Below, in pieces: positions 28,600 through 50,084 of a stretch of 64,000 nucleotides of DNA (positions are counted from its first letter, which is position 1; each line of letters opens with the position of its first letter). The DNA lies in the NCBI GenBank assembly GCA_965153355.1, contig OZ231126.1, positions 37,324,001-37,388,000 on the forward strand, given 5' to 3'. A program made the translations under genes and the position numbers. The DNA comes from Flaccisagitta enflata. Its lineage: Eukaryota. The notes under the pieces are model-generated. The model saw nothing but the letters and a program-made list of their open reading frames with translations, searched no databases and was not told where the DNA came from.

Positions 28600-30978
28600 T
28601 GAGCTTCAAGGCTGGAATTAGGGCCTGGAGACTGGGATATGAGCTTTGCGGCTGGGATTTGAGCCTTAGGGCTGGAATTTGAGCCTCAAGCTGGTATTTG
28701 AGCCTCAAGGCTGGGATTTGAGCCTCGAGGCTGGGATTTGAGCCTGGAGACTAAGATTTGAGCCTCAAGACTGGGATTTGAGCTTTGAGGCTGGGGGTTT
28801 GAGCCTTTAGGCTGGAATTTGAGCCAAGGCTGGATTTGAGCCCAGGATGGGATTTGAGCCCTGAAGATCTGAGTGGGACTGGGATCTGAGCCTCAAGGCT
28901 AGTTTTGGGCCTGAGACCAGGATTGGGCCTCGAGACTAGAATTGGGGTCTTGACGGGGGGGGGGGGGAGGATGGAGAAGAAGAAGGAGAAGGAGAGGAAG
29001 AAGAAATTTCCCCTGTGTGAAAGCATAGGTCATCGGCCCCTTTGGGGCCGCTAACCAGAAGCGGAGATGCAACAATGACAGTCATGGGCAGACTTAGAGG
29101 CGTTTCTCAATGTTCAGGGATTTCAGGAGGCAAAAGCGTTAGATGGTCAGCGGTCCCCGTTGTCCCTAAGTGAGTGTATGAGGGTGTGAGATGGAGAGAG
29201 GGGCAGCGGCCCCGAAGGAGCCGATGACCTATGCTGTTTTTATTAGAGCCTGGAGGCTGGAATAGGGGCCTTGAAGCTGGGATTTGAGCCTCAAGGTTGG
29301 AATTGGAGCCTCAAGGCTGGGATTTGGGCCTTGAGGCTGGGATTTGGGCCTTGAGGCTGGGATTTGGGTCTCGAGGCTGAAAGTGGGGGGGGTATGAAGG
29401 AGAAGGAGAAGGAGGAGGAGAAATTTGCCCTGTGTGAAAGCATAGGTCATTGGCCCCTTCGGGGCTGCTGCCCAAAAAGGAAATTTGGAGAAAATATAAC
29501 TTTTTACAGTACCAAATCATAAAACTCAATTAGTAAAACACAATTTAAGACTTTTTAAACCTTAACTGCCTAGTTTTATTGCTATATGGGGAAGAAAATC
29601 ATGGATATAAAAACACGACGCGACGCGTCGCGGGGAAGAAAATCAAAGGCAGGGGGGGGAAAAAAATCAAAAGCGACTCAAGAATATACACCCCTGCAAA
29701 TTTCTTTTTTGTCACTGACAAGGGGTTGGTCGAAATTATAAGTTTGCAATGAAAAAATGAAAAAACAAAGAACATAGTTCTCTTGCCAAATTGTTTTTAG
29801 AGAGAACTATGTTTTTAAAATTTCGACCTCAGAAAATAGAAAAAAAATGTCAACAAAATTTTACTAGAAATCAGCATTTTCCTTCCATTTTCCATGAGAA
29901 TTGCTTATCAAAAGGCGATTTAAAGCGTAAAATATGAAAAAGACGTACATATCAAGTGTATCCAGTGACAACTTGAGCAATGAAAACATTTGCGGTTGGA
30001 TGATTAGTCCATTATTGATTCAAAAGTGGGGTGAAGCACTTCATTTTTCCCTGGCAGATTTGATGTCCTTTGTTATTGAATGGGAATCATGCAATTTTTC
30101 ACTTTTTTGTAAATTTTTTTTTCTTACTCAATGGGAAGCTTTTATTTTGTCAATTCCCCATGTCATCCAATAAAATTTGAGGCTTGAGAAGCGGGGGGGG
30201 GGACGTACAGACGTCTGGAAGTTCACCCTTGTGTCCTACAGTCCCACAGGACCCTTTGGGGCGGCTGCCAAAAAAGAACAAGGCCCGATACACAGCCAAT
30301 CAGTAGTCGCTGCTGGTGGGCAGCGTCAGTAATGTGCGTGGACAGGGGCAGTATGTGGGTGGGCGGGGGCCATATTGAGGCCAGGCAGGAGCTGATTTCG
30401 CATCATCTAAAATTTCGCATCATCTAAAATTTCGCATCATCTAAAATTTCACATTACGGAAAGACACTCAGAGCCTCTATAGAGTGGCTTAGGCAGCGAC
30501 TAAAAAGAAAAAGAAAAAGAAAAAAAGATAGAAAAAGAAAAAATAACAAGAAAAAGAGGAAGAAGAAGAAGAAGAAGAAGAAGAAGAAGAAAGAGAAAAA
30601 GAAAAAGAAAAAGAAAAAGAAAAAGAAAAAGAAAAAGAAAAAGAAAAAGAAGAAAAATAGGAAGATAGGAAAGAAGAAAAGGGAAAAGAGAAAAAAGAAG
30701 ATAAAGAGGAAGAAGATGACCTTAGACAATACTGATGACGGTGATACCGATGATTCCCATTTTTCGATCAAAATTATGACGAACGTTAACCAGATCCCAA
30801 TAGGTCATTTCCACAATAAACCGGCCCAGCTGAAAATCATGATGTAACAGGTAAAAAGATTATTTTTATTATGCTAATCCTTTTTGTCATGATGGAAGCT
30901 GCTGTAACACATTATTTGAGATTCAGTGCCTAGCCTTCATACTTGAAATTTTGATAAGCCATGTAGTCTATGGACATT

Positions 30979-31248
30979 ACGGTATTTGTAGATATGTCAG
31001 CAGCTTGGTATATCTCAACCCCTTGAGATTACTCATTCTGGGATATTGTAACCTGTTGAAATCTTTCATTTTGGCACATTTCAACGCGTTGAGATCTCTC
31101 ATTCTACTGAGATAAATCTTGGACATGAGAGATCTCAACATGTTGAAATGTGCCAGAATGAGAAATCTCAACGGGTTGAAATATCCCAGAATGAGTGATC
31201 TCAAGAGGTTGAGATATACCAAACAGCTGACATATCTACAAATACCGT
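30979..31248. mobile_element. Foldback-like MITE with TIRs and internal ~33-bp subrepeats
   Basis: acggtatttgtagatatgtcagc at the left end, gctgacatatctacaaataccgt at the right end; internal tctcaac..gttga units. Confidence 0.75.
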
Positions 31249-32087
31249 TTTGTCCACTGACTGTATGTTGAAAAGAATAGACGAAAATCATCGCCTTTTT
31301 GATGTCACACTGATGTCACACTCGAAACCACTACAAAAAAGATATCAAAAAATCTTTAAGCTTACTGAACTATAGGTCATTTTTGTTCAATTGTAATCTT
31401 TAAAGAAGAGCTAAAGATTTTATGGCGACAAATTATCATTTACTATGAAAAAATTTTACTATTAGCTGATTTGTCAAAAATGATGATTTATTTGATTTTG
31501 ACATATAGTAGCATACTATATTTTGAATGGCAATATTTTAGATATTATTGAAAATTCGTTTTCCCCCTTTAGTACAGACATGACCCAAGTTACATGCAAA
31601 ATTTCAGACCTTAATGTCAATTCTAGCTGGAGATATTGATTTTTGAAGAGAGTGTCCTAATGTGTTACACTTAGGTTACTCTGGTTATGATAAAAATCAA
31701 CAAAGTTGAACACACTTTAAGTATTAGAATATTTTTTTTTATATAATCTAAGATAGTATCAAATTCTGAGCATAAGGCTCAAATTTCAAGCCATTACGTG
31801 CGACCATTATGAAATTATGACATTTTTATCAATGTTAACAAATTCAGGCACCTAATTTTCGCCAGTCTAGTTTATTGTGGAAGCTGCCAAAGTGAGTGCC
31901 AATAACGATGAAGACGAGGATGCAAAAATTGACAATGGTGATGATGATATGAAAGCGTGGATAAGAATTTCCTACGTTTTTATTATCATTATCATTTTCA
32001 TTTTCATTTTCATTTTCATTTTCTTTTTTTTTTCCATTATTATTTTTTGTTTTATTTACATTTTATTTTTTCTTGATGTTTCAACTT

Positions 32088-32653
<566 letters not shown>

Positions 32654-32721
32654 CTTAAGCTGAAAGGCAAAAACGATTTCTAATAAAAGAAACAACAAGA
32701 GTCCCTTCCCCGATAATTCCT

Positions 32722-32804
<83 letters not shown>

Positions 32805-32934
32805 AAAGTCTAATCATTCCCCGCCGCTTAGCCAGGTTCATAAAAGTCGATGTTTGCTCGCAGCTTTAATTCAACAAAACTTTAGAATCTGCGTTGATCA
32901 GGACCTTTGAAGTTGCCTGAGTGAGTTTGTGTTC

Positions 32935-32999
<65 letters not shown>

Positions 33000-33779
33000 A
33001 ATTTTGGTTCACCGCACTTTTCCTTGAGGAGAACTAACGGACAAAACAGGGGCAATATGTGGTCAGCGATACCCGTTGCCCTGCTTTGCATGATTGTATA
33101 TTGAAGTGAGGGGAAGCAGGGCAGCAGCCCCGAAGGAGACGAAGTCCTGTAAAATACAGGGGGACTTTCGTTCGGCTGTCTGTCCTTTCATTTGTCTGTC
33201 TGTCCCCCCCAGGCACTCTCAGGACTGAAATCTGCCCACTCAGGCCTTGAATCTGAGAGGGTAGATTCAAGGCCTGAGAGGTCCTGAGAGGGCAGATTTC
33301 AGGTCTAAGAGAGCAGATTTCAGGCCTGAGAGGGCAGATTTAAGGCCTGAGAAGGGAAATCAAGGCCTGAGAGGGCAGATTTCAGTCCTGAGAGGGTAGA
33401 TTTCAGCTCTGAGAGGGCAGATTTCATGCCTGAGAGGGCCTGGGGGACGCACGGATGTACGAACAAACAAACGGACGAATGAAAGTCCCCCTGTATTCTA
33501 CAGGACTTTGTCCCCTTCGGGGCCGCTGCCCAAAAAGGAAGGAATGGAAGGAAAAACAAAAGGCAAAAAAAAAGATGAGGAGAAAAACGGAGAAGTAGTC
33601 CAAATGAAAGAAAGAAAGAAAGAAAGAAAGAAAAAAAAGAAGGATGGAAAGAAAGACATAAAGACGTATAATGACACGCGTTGTTGTTGTTTTTGTTGTT
33701 GTTGTTCTTTTTGGTTATTTTTGTTGTTATTCATGTTCACTTTTGGGAAAAAGTTAAATTAACTTTTGCAAGCTATTGG

Positions 33780-36700
33780 CAAGACTCGAGATTCGCCGGG
33801 CCAACTATAAGAAATATGTCCACATTCTGTCACACTGATTTTACACTTAACTATGGCAAAATAAAAAAAAAACAGTAATTTTCAAAATGATTTCGTGGGC
33901 TCATTTTTTTAGGGCAGCTTTATAATTTTCTAGACGGTGATAGTTTGTCAAATTTGCTACCTAGCAAAGAAATCAGATTTTGAAAAAGTTGATTTTTGCG
34001 CCCGTAGCATTGATTTTTGCAAAATTTGTTTATTGAACAATTGCCAAGTTGGTTTCAGTTTCAGTTGAGATGTTACTTTGAAAATTAAGTGTGAGCAACT
34101 ATACGCCGAACCAGCACAGTATTGTACAGGGCACAGTATGTCAAAAATGGGGAAACAAAAAACGCCAAACTAAATCTTTAGTCTATATGAATCATATTAA
34201 CCAGCCATAGGATGATATCTTGACCGGAAGTAGGTGCCCACTATGTAATCGGCCAGACTCAGGCTGTGGGAGCTCAAACAGTCAATTTAGCTAAAATTGA
34301 AAAATGCAAAAATTGATGAAACAATGATTGAAACTGAAGTGTATTGGTTCATAAGGAAAGGACCCATTACAATTTTGGCTCATATTTTGCATTTGGGGGG
34401 GCTCAAGGGGTCTAAAAACCCTATTATTGGGGCGATTTTTGTTAAAAATAAGGGTACCTTTTGACTTATTATTTTTTTAAAACATACTACACCCTGACAT
34501 TAAGGCTTTATTGATGATGGAAATGCAAGAGGAGACTTTAAGGTTTCATAATCAGGTCTCCATTTATATGTACACCTCATATTTTTTTGTCAGTACAACA
34601 AAATGCATTTTTCTAAAATGAACGAGTAACTTCGCATTATAATCCTATGGAGGGGGGAAGAGCAAAAAATACAGTTTTATTTTTTTTTAGCTATGTACAC
34701 CCTGGACTTAAGGTGATTTTTTTTAGCAATTCTTACCCTTTGGTGATGGCCTACTAGGGACTAGTTTCCATTTCTATGTACACCTCACCAATTTGGAGAT
34801 ATTGCACCTTGCTATTTTCCCCATTTCCAGCATGAGGATTTGGGAATGGACGCCATTGGAAATAGCTTTTTCAGACCTACTTTTTTGGGTAAATCTTTGG
34901 ATAAAAGGTTTTTTATACAGAATTACAGATAAACTAATGTTGATAATAAGTCACAGGTTTAGGATGAGGTGGTTGAAGTATGTAAGGAGGAGGAGGAGGA
35001 GGAGGAGGACAAGGGAGAAAGCAAGGTTGCAACCATAAAACTTTTTGTTCTAGACTTATTTTCAAGATATTTGTGTAGGTTTGCAAGCAAATGAGTGGGA
35101 CTACATGATTAAAGAGGTGGAAAAGGAGGAGGAGGAGGAGAAGGAGGAGGGGGAGAAGAAGAAAGAGAAGAAGAAGAAGTAAAAAATGGAAAAGTAGACC
35201 GAAAATCAAGCAAATTGGTGATTTAATCTCATTTTTTCATATGTTTTAATGAAGGTTGGTGAAGGAAGTTTGTTTTATATAAATTGTAAAGGGTTGAGGT
35301 GGTGGTAGTTTTAGAGGTGGCGGAGGTTGAGGAGGAAGAGGAGGAGGAAGGGGAGGTGGAAATAACCAAACTTTTTTTAGCCCTGCTTTAAAGCTAATTA
35401 GATAGTAGGTTAAAAGCAAATATGAAGGGTTAAAAGAGGATGAGGAGGAGGAGGAGGAGGAAGAAGAGGAGGAGGGACAAGTGAATATCAAAACCTCTAT
35501 AATGTTATGATCCCTTTCCTACATCTCTTCTCAACTTGGCCCAAGCAAGGTTGAACATGGGCATGAACATATCATTTTAGAATTAACAAGGCCGGATACA
35601 CGGGCCAAGATGGTGCGCCGAGCGTTATTAATTCATAGCTATTCCTAGCTCCATCAGACCTATCCCTAGCTCTATCAGACCATTCCTAGCTCTATCAGAC
35701 CTATTCCGCCGGGCGTTATTAATCCATAGCTATCCCTAGCTCCATCAGACCTATCCCTAGCTTTATCAGACCATTCCTAGCTCTATCAGACCTATCCCGA
35801 GCTCTATCAGGCCTATCCCGAGCTCTATCAGACCTTTCCCGAGCTCCATCAGACCTATCTCCAGCTCTACCAGACCTATCCTAAGACCTTTCCAACCTAT
35901 CACCAGTCCTATCCAACCTATCACCAGACCTATCCGACCTATCCCCAGCTCTATCAGACCTAACCGTAGCTGATTATATTATTGAGTAAATTGACGAGTA
36001 TCGTTTATGATGAGCGAAATAAGATTTCTATTGATTTCAAACATTTTTAGCGATTTTTCATTTGAGCGTGACCGACGGATGGATGGACGGATAGAGCTTC
36101 TTATAGAGGTGCTATGGCGCATCTAAGAATCATCCTAGCATATTTCTGAATCATTTCCAGTGTTTTTTGCTTCTTTTTGAGATTTTCAACTCGAGGGTTA
36201 CCGACCAACCGACCAACCGACCAACAGACAGAGCCCCTTATAGAGGTGCTTTGGCGCACCTATAAAATGGGCAAAACAGCTTATTTCCTCAAAAATCATC
36301 ATTATTGGACCATTTTTGGGCTCAAAGGGCCCTCTGGGACCTGTAAAATTCCATGATATTGCTTGTCAGGGCTAGCTTGAACCAAGCAAGGTTGTACATA
36401 GGCACAAAGATATCATTTCAGTTTAAATAATGGGCAAAAATGAGCAAAAAAGCTTATTTTCCTCAAAATCGACATTTAAGGGCCCCTAGGGCCCTTTAGG
36501 GCCCATAAAGCTGGATATTTTTCCTTATTTCACCTTCTAATACACTCATAGGTTTGTATTGTACAAAAAAAAATCCTTCGAGTGACCAAAATAATACTGT
36601 GCTGGTATCGCCCAAAATGCGTATTGTGTGAGCTCAATTTTTAGAGCAAGATCAAAATTTTTGAGATTTTCAAAGTTAGATCTAAACTGAGACTTATTCG

Positions 36701-37053
36701 GCGATGGTTCAATTGATAAATTTTGCAAAACTCAATGCTACAGGTGCAAAAATCAACTTTTTCAAGATCTGATTTTTTTACCAAGTTGCAAATTCGACAA
36801 ACTATCACATTTAAAAAAATCATAAAGCTGCTCTGAAAAATGAGCTCACAATATCATTTTGAAAATTACTGTCATAGTTATACATAGGGATTTTTTTAAC
36901 TCTGGAATAATGAAGTGCTATTTCTATGGCACATAAACTGAAAAAAAGTACTAAAACACCCATAGATATAATTTCTTTATGTTTCAGTGAAATACTGATG
37001 TTACAAAGTGTGGACATGTTTCTTATAGTTGGCCCGGTGAATCTCGAATCATG
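33780..37053. mobile_element. Non-autonomous TIR element with long (~350-450 bp) imperfect TIRs and nested insertions
   Basis: caagactcgagattcgccgggccaactataagaaatatgtccac vs gtggacatgtttcttatagttggcccggtgaatctcgaatcatg. Inverted similarity extends to ccagcacagtat / atactgtgctgg. Confidence 0.75.
35640..35962 (+). repeat. ~21-bp minisatellite (agacctatccctagctctatc) inside a family-A-like element
   Basis: Visible array between aacaaggccggatac (35585) and the gacggatgga/ttatagaggtgc end (~36120). Confidence 0.85.
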
Positions 37054-38043
37054 CTTATTCTTCGAAGCCGTATTTATTATTCTTAGCAATGTAAACTTGT
37101 GTGTTTTTAGTTGCGTGCACACGACTCTACACCCCGCTTTGTCCGTTGGTCGGTCAGTTGGTCTCTCTGTCGGTTGGGCGGTCTGTCTGACACAATTTTT
37201 TTTTTTATCAATCTTATTTCCTTAAGTTATTTTAAGTCATTTAGGAATAAACTAAGTCATTCTAAGTTGTTATGTAAGTCTCGCACGCGACTTATAGATG
37301 TTGGCCTTGTTGTACATCAATTCATTCATTTATTTATTGTTGATGAGAGGGGTATATAGTTACACGACCTTTGCTTTCATTTCCCCCTCTTGTCCTTTGA
37401 TTTTCTTCTTGAACTACACATGATTTTTTTCCCCATGTACCCCCTACACAGTGATATTTTGGTTTGAATAGTATGAAATAGTGCTGTGGTGGCTAAATAT
37501 TGATATTCAGTACCGCCAAAAGTGTGATATCTTTTGTATTTTTTCTACCCTTTGATTTCCTGCCTTATTTCCAAATCCTTTGTTTTTATTCCCCCCACCC
37601 CTGCCAGGGGGAAAGTTTAAAGATTCTCCTGGAATTTTTTCAGCTTGATATGGTTCAAACAAATCCTCATAACTTCTTAAGTATTTGAGCCAGAACCTTG
37701 AAATTTGAGATGTGCAATATTGAAAGCGCTGAGCAGGTCCATGCAAAAGATTGAGCTACTGACTGACCTAGGAAAATTTTCGAGTCTAAGTCTATAGAAG
37801 AACAAGAAGAAGAAAAAGAAGAAAAAAAAAGAAAAGAAAAAAGAAAAAGAAAAAGAAAAAGAAAAAGAAAAAGAAAAAGAAAAAGAAAAAGAAAAAAGAA
37901 AAAGAAAAAGAAAAAGTAAAAAAAAAAGAAAAAGAAAAAAAAAAGGAAAAGCAAGAAAAAAAGGAAAAGAAAGTAAAAGAGGATGAAGACAAAGAAACAA
38001 AAACAAAAACAAAAACGAAAACGAAAACGAAAACGAAAACAAA

Positions 38044-38076
<33 letters not shown>

Positions 38077-38310
38077 AAACCAAAAATTAAAAAGAAATGT
38101 TTCATTCAATCGCACCACTTCTGAATCAGTTAAGCTATAAAGATATGATAGGCTCGGTCAGCAAAATCAACAAACATACTGTTGACAAAAATGACTAAAA
38201 AACGGCTTATTGAGTCGCGTAGCACGCAATTAAATATCCTTATTTCTCAGTTTTTCGTTGTTCTTAAAAAAAGAGGATCTCCATCAGTTTTGTACTTTTG
38301 ATCTTTATGA

Positions 38311-38512
38311 AATAAAAGACATTTCTTGCAAGTGATAGAAAGCATACAGCGCAATCCAACAAACACAAAAAGGCGATATGGATTCGTTACAAAGTAAAGC
38401 AAATCCCTTCCCCCCAAAAGTTTAGTGTTTGATCAGGTGATCCTAATTTAGGAAATTTAGTCGTTAAGGTACATTCGATTAATAAATATATAAATAAATG
38501 CAAGCAAAATAG

Positions 38513-38520
<8 letters not shown>
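38311..38520 (-). mobile_element. Short 3'-end fragment of the same LINE family as 48330-50084
   Basis: aaagacattt...gaaagcatacag.gcaatc...aaaggcgatatggattcg...caaatcccttcccc matches 48348-48550; both are followed by (GA)n. Confidence 0.7.
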
Positions 38521-38551
<31 letters not shown>

Positions 38552-38584
38552 AGAGAGAGAGGGAGAGAGAGAGATACGACAGAC

Positions 38585-38617
<33 letters not shown>

Positions 38618-39964
38618 GACAGACAGACCGACAGGCAATCACAGATGACCAGAGAAACACTTCAGAATTTACACTGGGTGACTATTTTGGTCCGTTTGCA
38701 TTGTGTTTGTGATTGTAAGACATTTGAACGACACATTATTCCAAGCACTTTTCATGTTCCAATTGCATAATTAGAGCTTAATCTACTTGCAAAATTGATT
38801 TGGAATTGATCTTGGCACTCCGTCATTGAAAGATGTTATTTTGAGGAGAAGAGAAAAAATGTCATTTTCAATAAAACATTTTAATCATTAGAAAATCATA
38901 ATCTCTCTTCGAATAGGTCAAAAACCTTGGGATTGGTCTCATTCGACAGCATTTTTTTTATATTTTATTTGTTAAAATTTTGAGCTGAATTGGTCGAGCG
39001 ATTTTTGCAAAAATCGATTTTAAAAATGATAAAAGTAGAAAATACTTAAAAAAAAAACAAAAAAAAAAAACGGGCAACATGTTTGTCAGTATTTTACACC
39101 CAAGCAATGATAGCCAGAGGGAGCTAACGCGACTGAGGCGAAATCAAATTTTGTCAAAAATCGCTTTATTTTAACATTATTTTCATACATGGGATGTGAA
39201 ATAACTGGTCTATATCATACATACCATTAAATAATCTCATTTTGATCATCATGTATCAATGAAGGTCATGGGGAGACCAAATACCATGGTGAAACAGCGA
39301 TATTTGAACTACTGCTATAACGTATGCTAAAGAATTGAATCATTATTTATTACAAACAAACAGAAACGGCTCTTAATATGCCGTTTTGATTTATACTTTT
39401 TTATAGAAAAAACTATGTAAAATTTTTGATCGAACGCCGTTGGCCGCGTCCAAATCGGCTTTGCCGATCGGCGCCGCCAGCCTCGCGTAAGTTAAAAAAA
39501 TTAATTCGAGCGAAAATTCCTTTGGGTGGTAACTTTTTTCGGCGTCGCAAAATTCACATCGTATCGAATGCTGTCAGGTAATTTTTTTTTCTTTCTGAGC
39601 ATTAGTAATGGAAGGCTTTTATAAAATATACAGTTCAGCATATCATTCGAATCCCCTTTGCACGAGGAACACGAATCTGGCAATGAATTTTTTTTTCTCT
39701 GTAACACGTAGAAATCAGCAGATAAAAACAATTTTACGGAGGTCCATTGACTTAATGAAAAGTAAAAATTGCATTTACTAGACAAAGTAAAATCACGTAA
39801 AATGTATCTTCATAAAAATCTGATCCAAGTTGTAGCGATGTTGAATAGTCAACGAAGTTAGTGAGGTAAGCATCGACTATATGCAAATTAGAAAGCTTGA
39901 AGTTTTGTCTGTTATGTAAAATTGAGACATAGAATTTGGTGACAGCGTGATTTGATGCATCACC

Positions 39965-46514
<6,550 letters not shown>

Positions 46515-46666
46515 AAAGAACAACTTTACGCAATCTCAAATCCCAAACGTATTTATTTGATGTGCCATTGTGAATGAATTTTTTTTACAAGAAATCTCTT
46601 GCATCAGTTAACTTTATTATGAAAACGTATTCGGATTCGATTATTTTGTTTTACAATTCAAGACAG

Positions 46667-46894
<228 letters not shown>

Positions 46895-48329
46895 CAGACA
46901 GACCAAAAAGCCAGGGAACCACGTTGAAGCCAGAAGGAAGAATGGCAAAGAATGGCCATGCATAGACGCCAATTTTTTGTTGCGGACACGCAACACTATG
47001 AGGCTTTGTCCGTCCGTCCATTGGTCTGTCCCTCTGTCCACCTTCAACCGTCAAAATCAACTCTACTTCGTAGCTGCCAGTGGACATTCACTGAAACAGA
47101 ATCAAATAAAAAACACTAAAAAAAACAGAAATTTGAAATTGCTCAAGAAAAGCACTGAAATTGGCCAATTTTAGCCCAAAGTAGTCCAGTCAAATCCCTA
47201 AAATAGATTTTTGGCATCATTTTCCCCTTTGTTGAGGCTGGATTAGGTTATATGAGCAAGTGAACACAAGCAGAACAAACTATGCTCGAAAAAATGTGTT
47301 GATTCTACGATTTTTCCCATTTTTTTGCCAGTTTTAGGGCATTTATTCCCCAAATGAACCTGATTAAGCTGACAGGGGAGCAGCCTAGTCAACATGCTGA
47401 ACCAGAAAGGGTGAAAAATACAAAAAACTGAAACAAAGACATGTTTGAATGAAGAGAAATGAGATTTGTCATATTTTTGGTTTTTTTTTTCTCCTTTATC
47501 TAGCTTTGAGCGGCCATAACTTTTTAACGGATGGACCGATTTAGTCGCGCAAAAAATGGATGGACGCCCCTTGAAAAACTCTACATTTTGGTCACCGATT
47601 TTGCCTAATTTTATCAAAAAACGACTGAGTTATGATTTTTTGAATGGAAACGATTACCTGACAAAAATTTTCTTCTGGACTAGGGCTTGATTTGATGATG
47701 TTTGCGCCCCTTGGAGGTCAGCCATCGGGCCAAATTTATGTTAAATAATCTTACCAAGCGTATAGGTATACATTAGGACCAAAAACGAAGTTAATTTCCG
47801 ATTTTTAAATTTTCACTCCCCCTGGCTAGCAATGAGTAAAACAAAAGTTAATCGGTTACAACAGGACCAGGTTCATTTGCATCGGTTTTAGGGAAGAAGT
47901 TACACAACCAGTCATTCTGCATCGTTAAGTTCAAGAAAATCGATTGTCTAGAGTCTAGAGGGTAAAAATGATTTGGAGCAAGGCCTGTTTCTACTTGTGA
48001 CAATCGCGTTTTAGACGGGCCACTCGGTTGCTTCCTATGTTCGTACACCCGCACCGCTCTTTCTGCGCACTTGTTCCGCAGTGCTTTGGTTCATGGGCTC
48101 ACTCACTCACTTCGCTCACTCCCGCGTGGGATTACTGAATATGTTCACACCGTACAAGTGTAAGTGAACAAGGCCGGATACACGGCTACCGAAGTCGCGT
48201 GCGGGTGGACAGGGGCCATATTTGAGGTCACCAGACCATTTGGGCAGGAGCAGTGTGGTCAAAGAAATAAAATCATAAAAAAAGTAAAGTGTGACCAAAC
48301 GACCGATGGAAAAAGCGGGTTGTAGAGTC

Positions 48330-48547
48330 AAATGATGAAATGAAATGAAAGACATTTATTGTAAATGAAGAAAGCATACAGTGCAATCAAACATATACAA
48401 AAGGGCGATATGGATTCGACACAAAGTGATACAAATCCCTTCCCCCTGAAAAGTTCAACATGTTCAGATCTTTAAAACAGGCCTACCATGTTTAGGCAAG
48501 TAAGTATGTACATTTCAATCGAAGTAGTTAATAAATAAATAAATAAT

Positions 48548-48605
<58 letters not shown>

Positions 48606-50084
48606 ATGGGTGACAATTTTGTATTCGTATTTTGAATGCGCTGGGATTGACTTGAAAATTGCGTTGATATTGATGATGTGGGTGTTGCTGCTAATCAGGC
48701 TGTCGGTCCAGTGGGACCACTACAGCTGATGGCGCGGAGTTTCTGTAATTGATGATGTTGATGTTCTTGCTAATCAGGCTGTCGATCCAGTGGGACCACT
48801 ACAGCTGATGATGCAGAATTACTGTTTATTTGCCGCCTCATGTCTCAAATATGCTGGGATTATCTTGAAAGTTACATTGAAATTAATCTTGTTGGTGTTG
48901 CTGCTAATCAGGCTGTTGGTCCAGTGGGACCACTACAGTTAGTGGCGCGGAGTTGCTGTATTTGATGATGTTGATGTTATTGCTAATCAGGCTATTGGTC
49001 CAGTGGGACCACTACAGCTGATGGTGCAAAATTCCTGTTGATTTGCAGCCTTGTAACTTGGATGCAATCAAAATCATTGATTCAGAATGACGTCAAGCGG
49101 TGATTGTAAATTGGTGTTGACCTTGGACTTATGATTTGCAATGAGATCCTGGATATGAGGATTGAACGATTTCATTGTACAGAGTAGCTTTAGGTTAAGA
49201 ATCTTGAATCTTTCTTCTAAGGAAAGCATGGATGCATATTCATGGAGTAGCTTGATTCTGATGTACTTTGGTAGTTTCAGGCAAATTCGCAGAGCATCGT
49301 TTTGAACTCTCTGAAGACGTTCTAACTGCATCTTTGGTGCTGCTACAAATGCAATGCTGCCACACTCCAAAACTGGACGTACATAGCTTTTGTAAAGTTT
49401 TGCAAGGATTTCTGGTTTCGTGCCATTATATGCAAGGACCTTTAGGACACTCAGCTTTCTTGTGGTTTTGTTGATAATTGTGTCAAAGTGGTTTTTAAAT
49501 GATAGCTGATCATCAATTTCTATGCCAAGAAATTTGGCACTTTTGACCGGTCTGATTAGATCATTGAAAAGAAGCAAGGCATGATTTTCAGTGGTTATTT
49601 CTCGATTTCTTGAAATGAATAAGAGATTAGATTTTTCACCATTGAGCTTCACCCTCCACCTCCGACACCATCCCTCTAAGCAGTTCAGGGCTGTATGTGT
49701 TTTATGGCCATGGAACGAGTGTAGGTTGTGGCCCAGTTGGGCCTCATCAGCAAATTGGGAGAGGCTGCAGTTGCGTTCAATAGAGTCGGGGTAGTCATTT
49801 ACATAGATGATATATATTAGTGGTGAAAAAGGGCTGCCTTGTGGGGTGCCTGCTTTGAGATACACCATATGTGAAGAACAACCTTCATATACCACTTTCA
49901 GAGTTCGGTCAGTGAGAAATGAGCTTAACAGACGAATTGTTCGATTTGGAAGCTTCAAGTTTTTTTTTCAGCTTGTATCTATTTCCATTGTGCCAGCAGC
50001 GATCAAATGCTGCCTCAGCATCAAGGAATAACGCCGCTGTGGTTTGTTGATTTTTAAAACCAATATGTGATTGTTCAGAAAGTC
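48330..50084 (-). mobile_element. 5'-truncated non-LTR retrotransposon (Jockey/I-group-like RT), degenerate
   Basis: RT motifs FLDAEAAFDRCWH, GTPQGSPFSPLIYIIYVND, QFADE, KFLG, with a frameshift near 49960-49990. 3' end has AATAAA plus a (TTTCA)n tail. 8-bp TSD GTAGAGTC at 48322-48329 and 50085-50092. Confidence 0.85.
49074..50084 (-). pseudogene. Reverse transcriptase C-terminal portion of LINE (frameshifted, FADD>FADE)
   Basis: ORFs 49909-50100 and 49074-49958 carry consecutive RT motifs in different frames. Confidence 0.8.

Noticed and set aside
48640-49050. CRISPR-like repeat-spacer appearance
   Set aside because: The spacers are themselves duplicated, there are no cas genes, and the context is a eukaryotic LINE 3' UTR.
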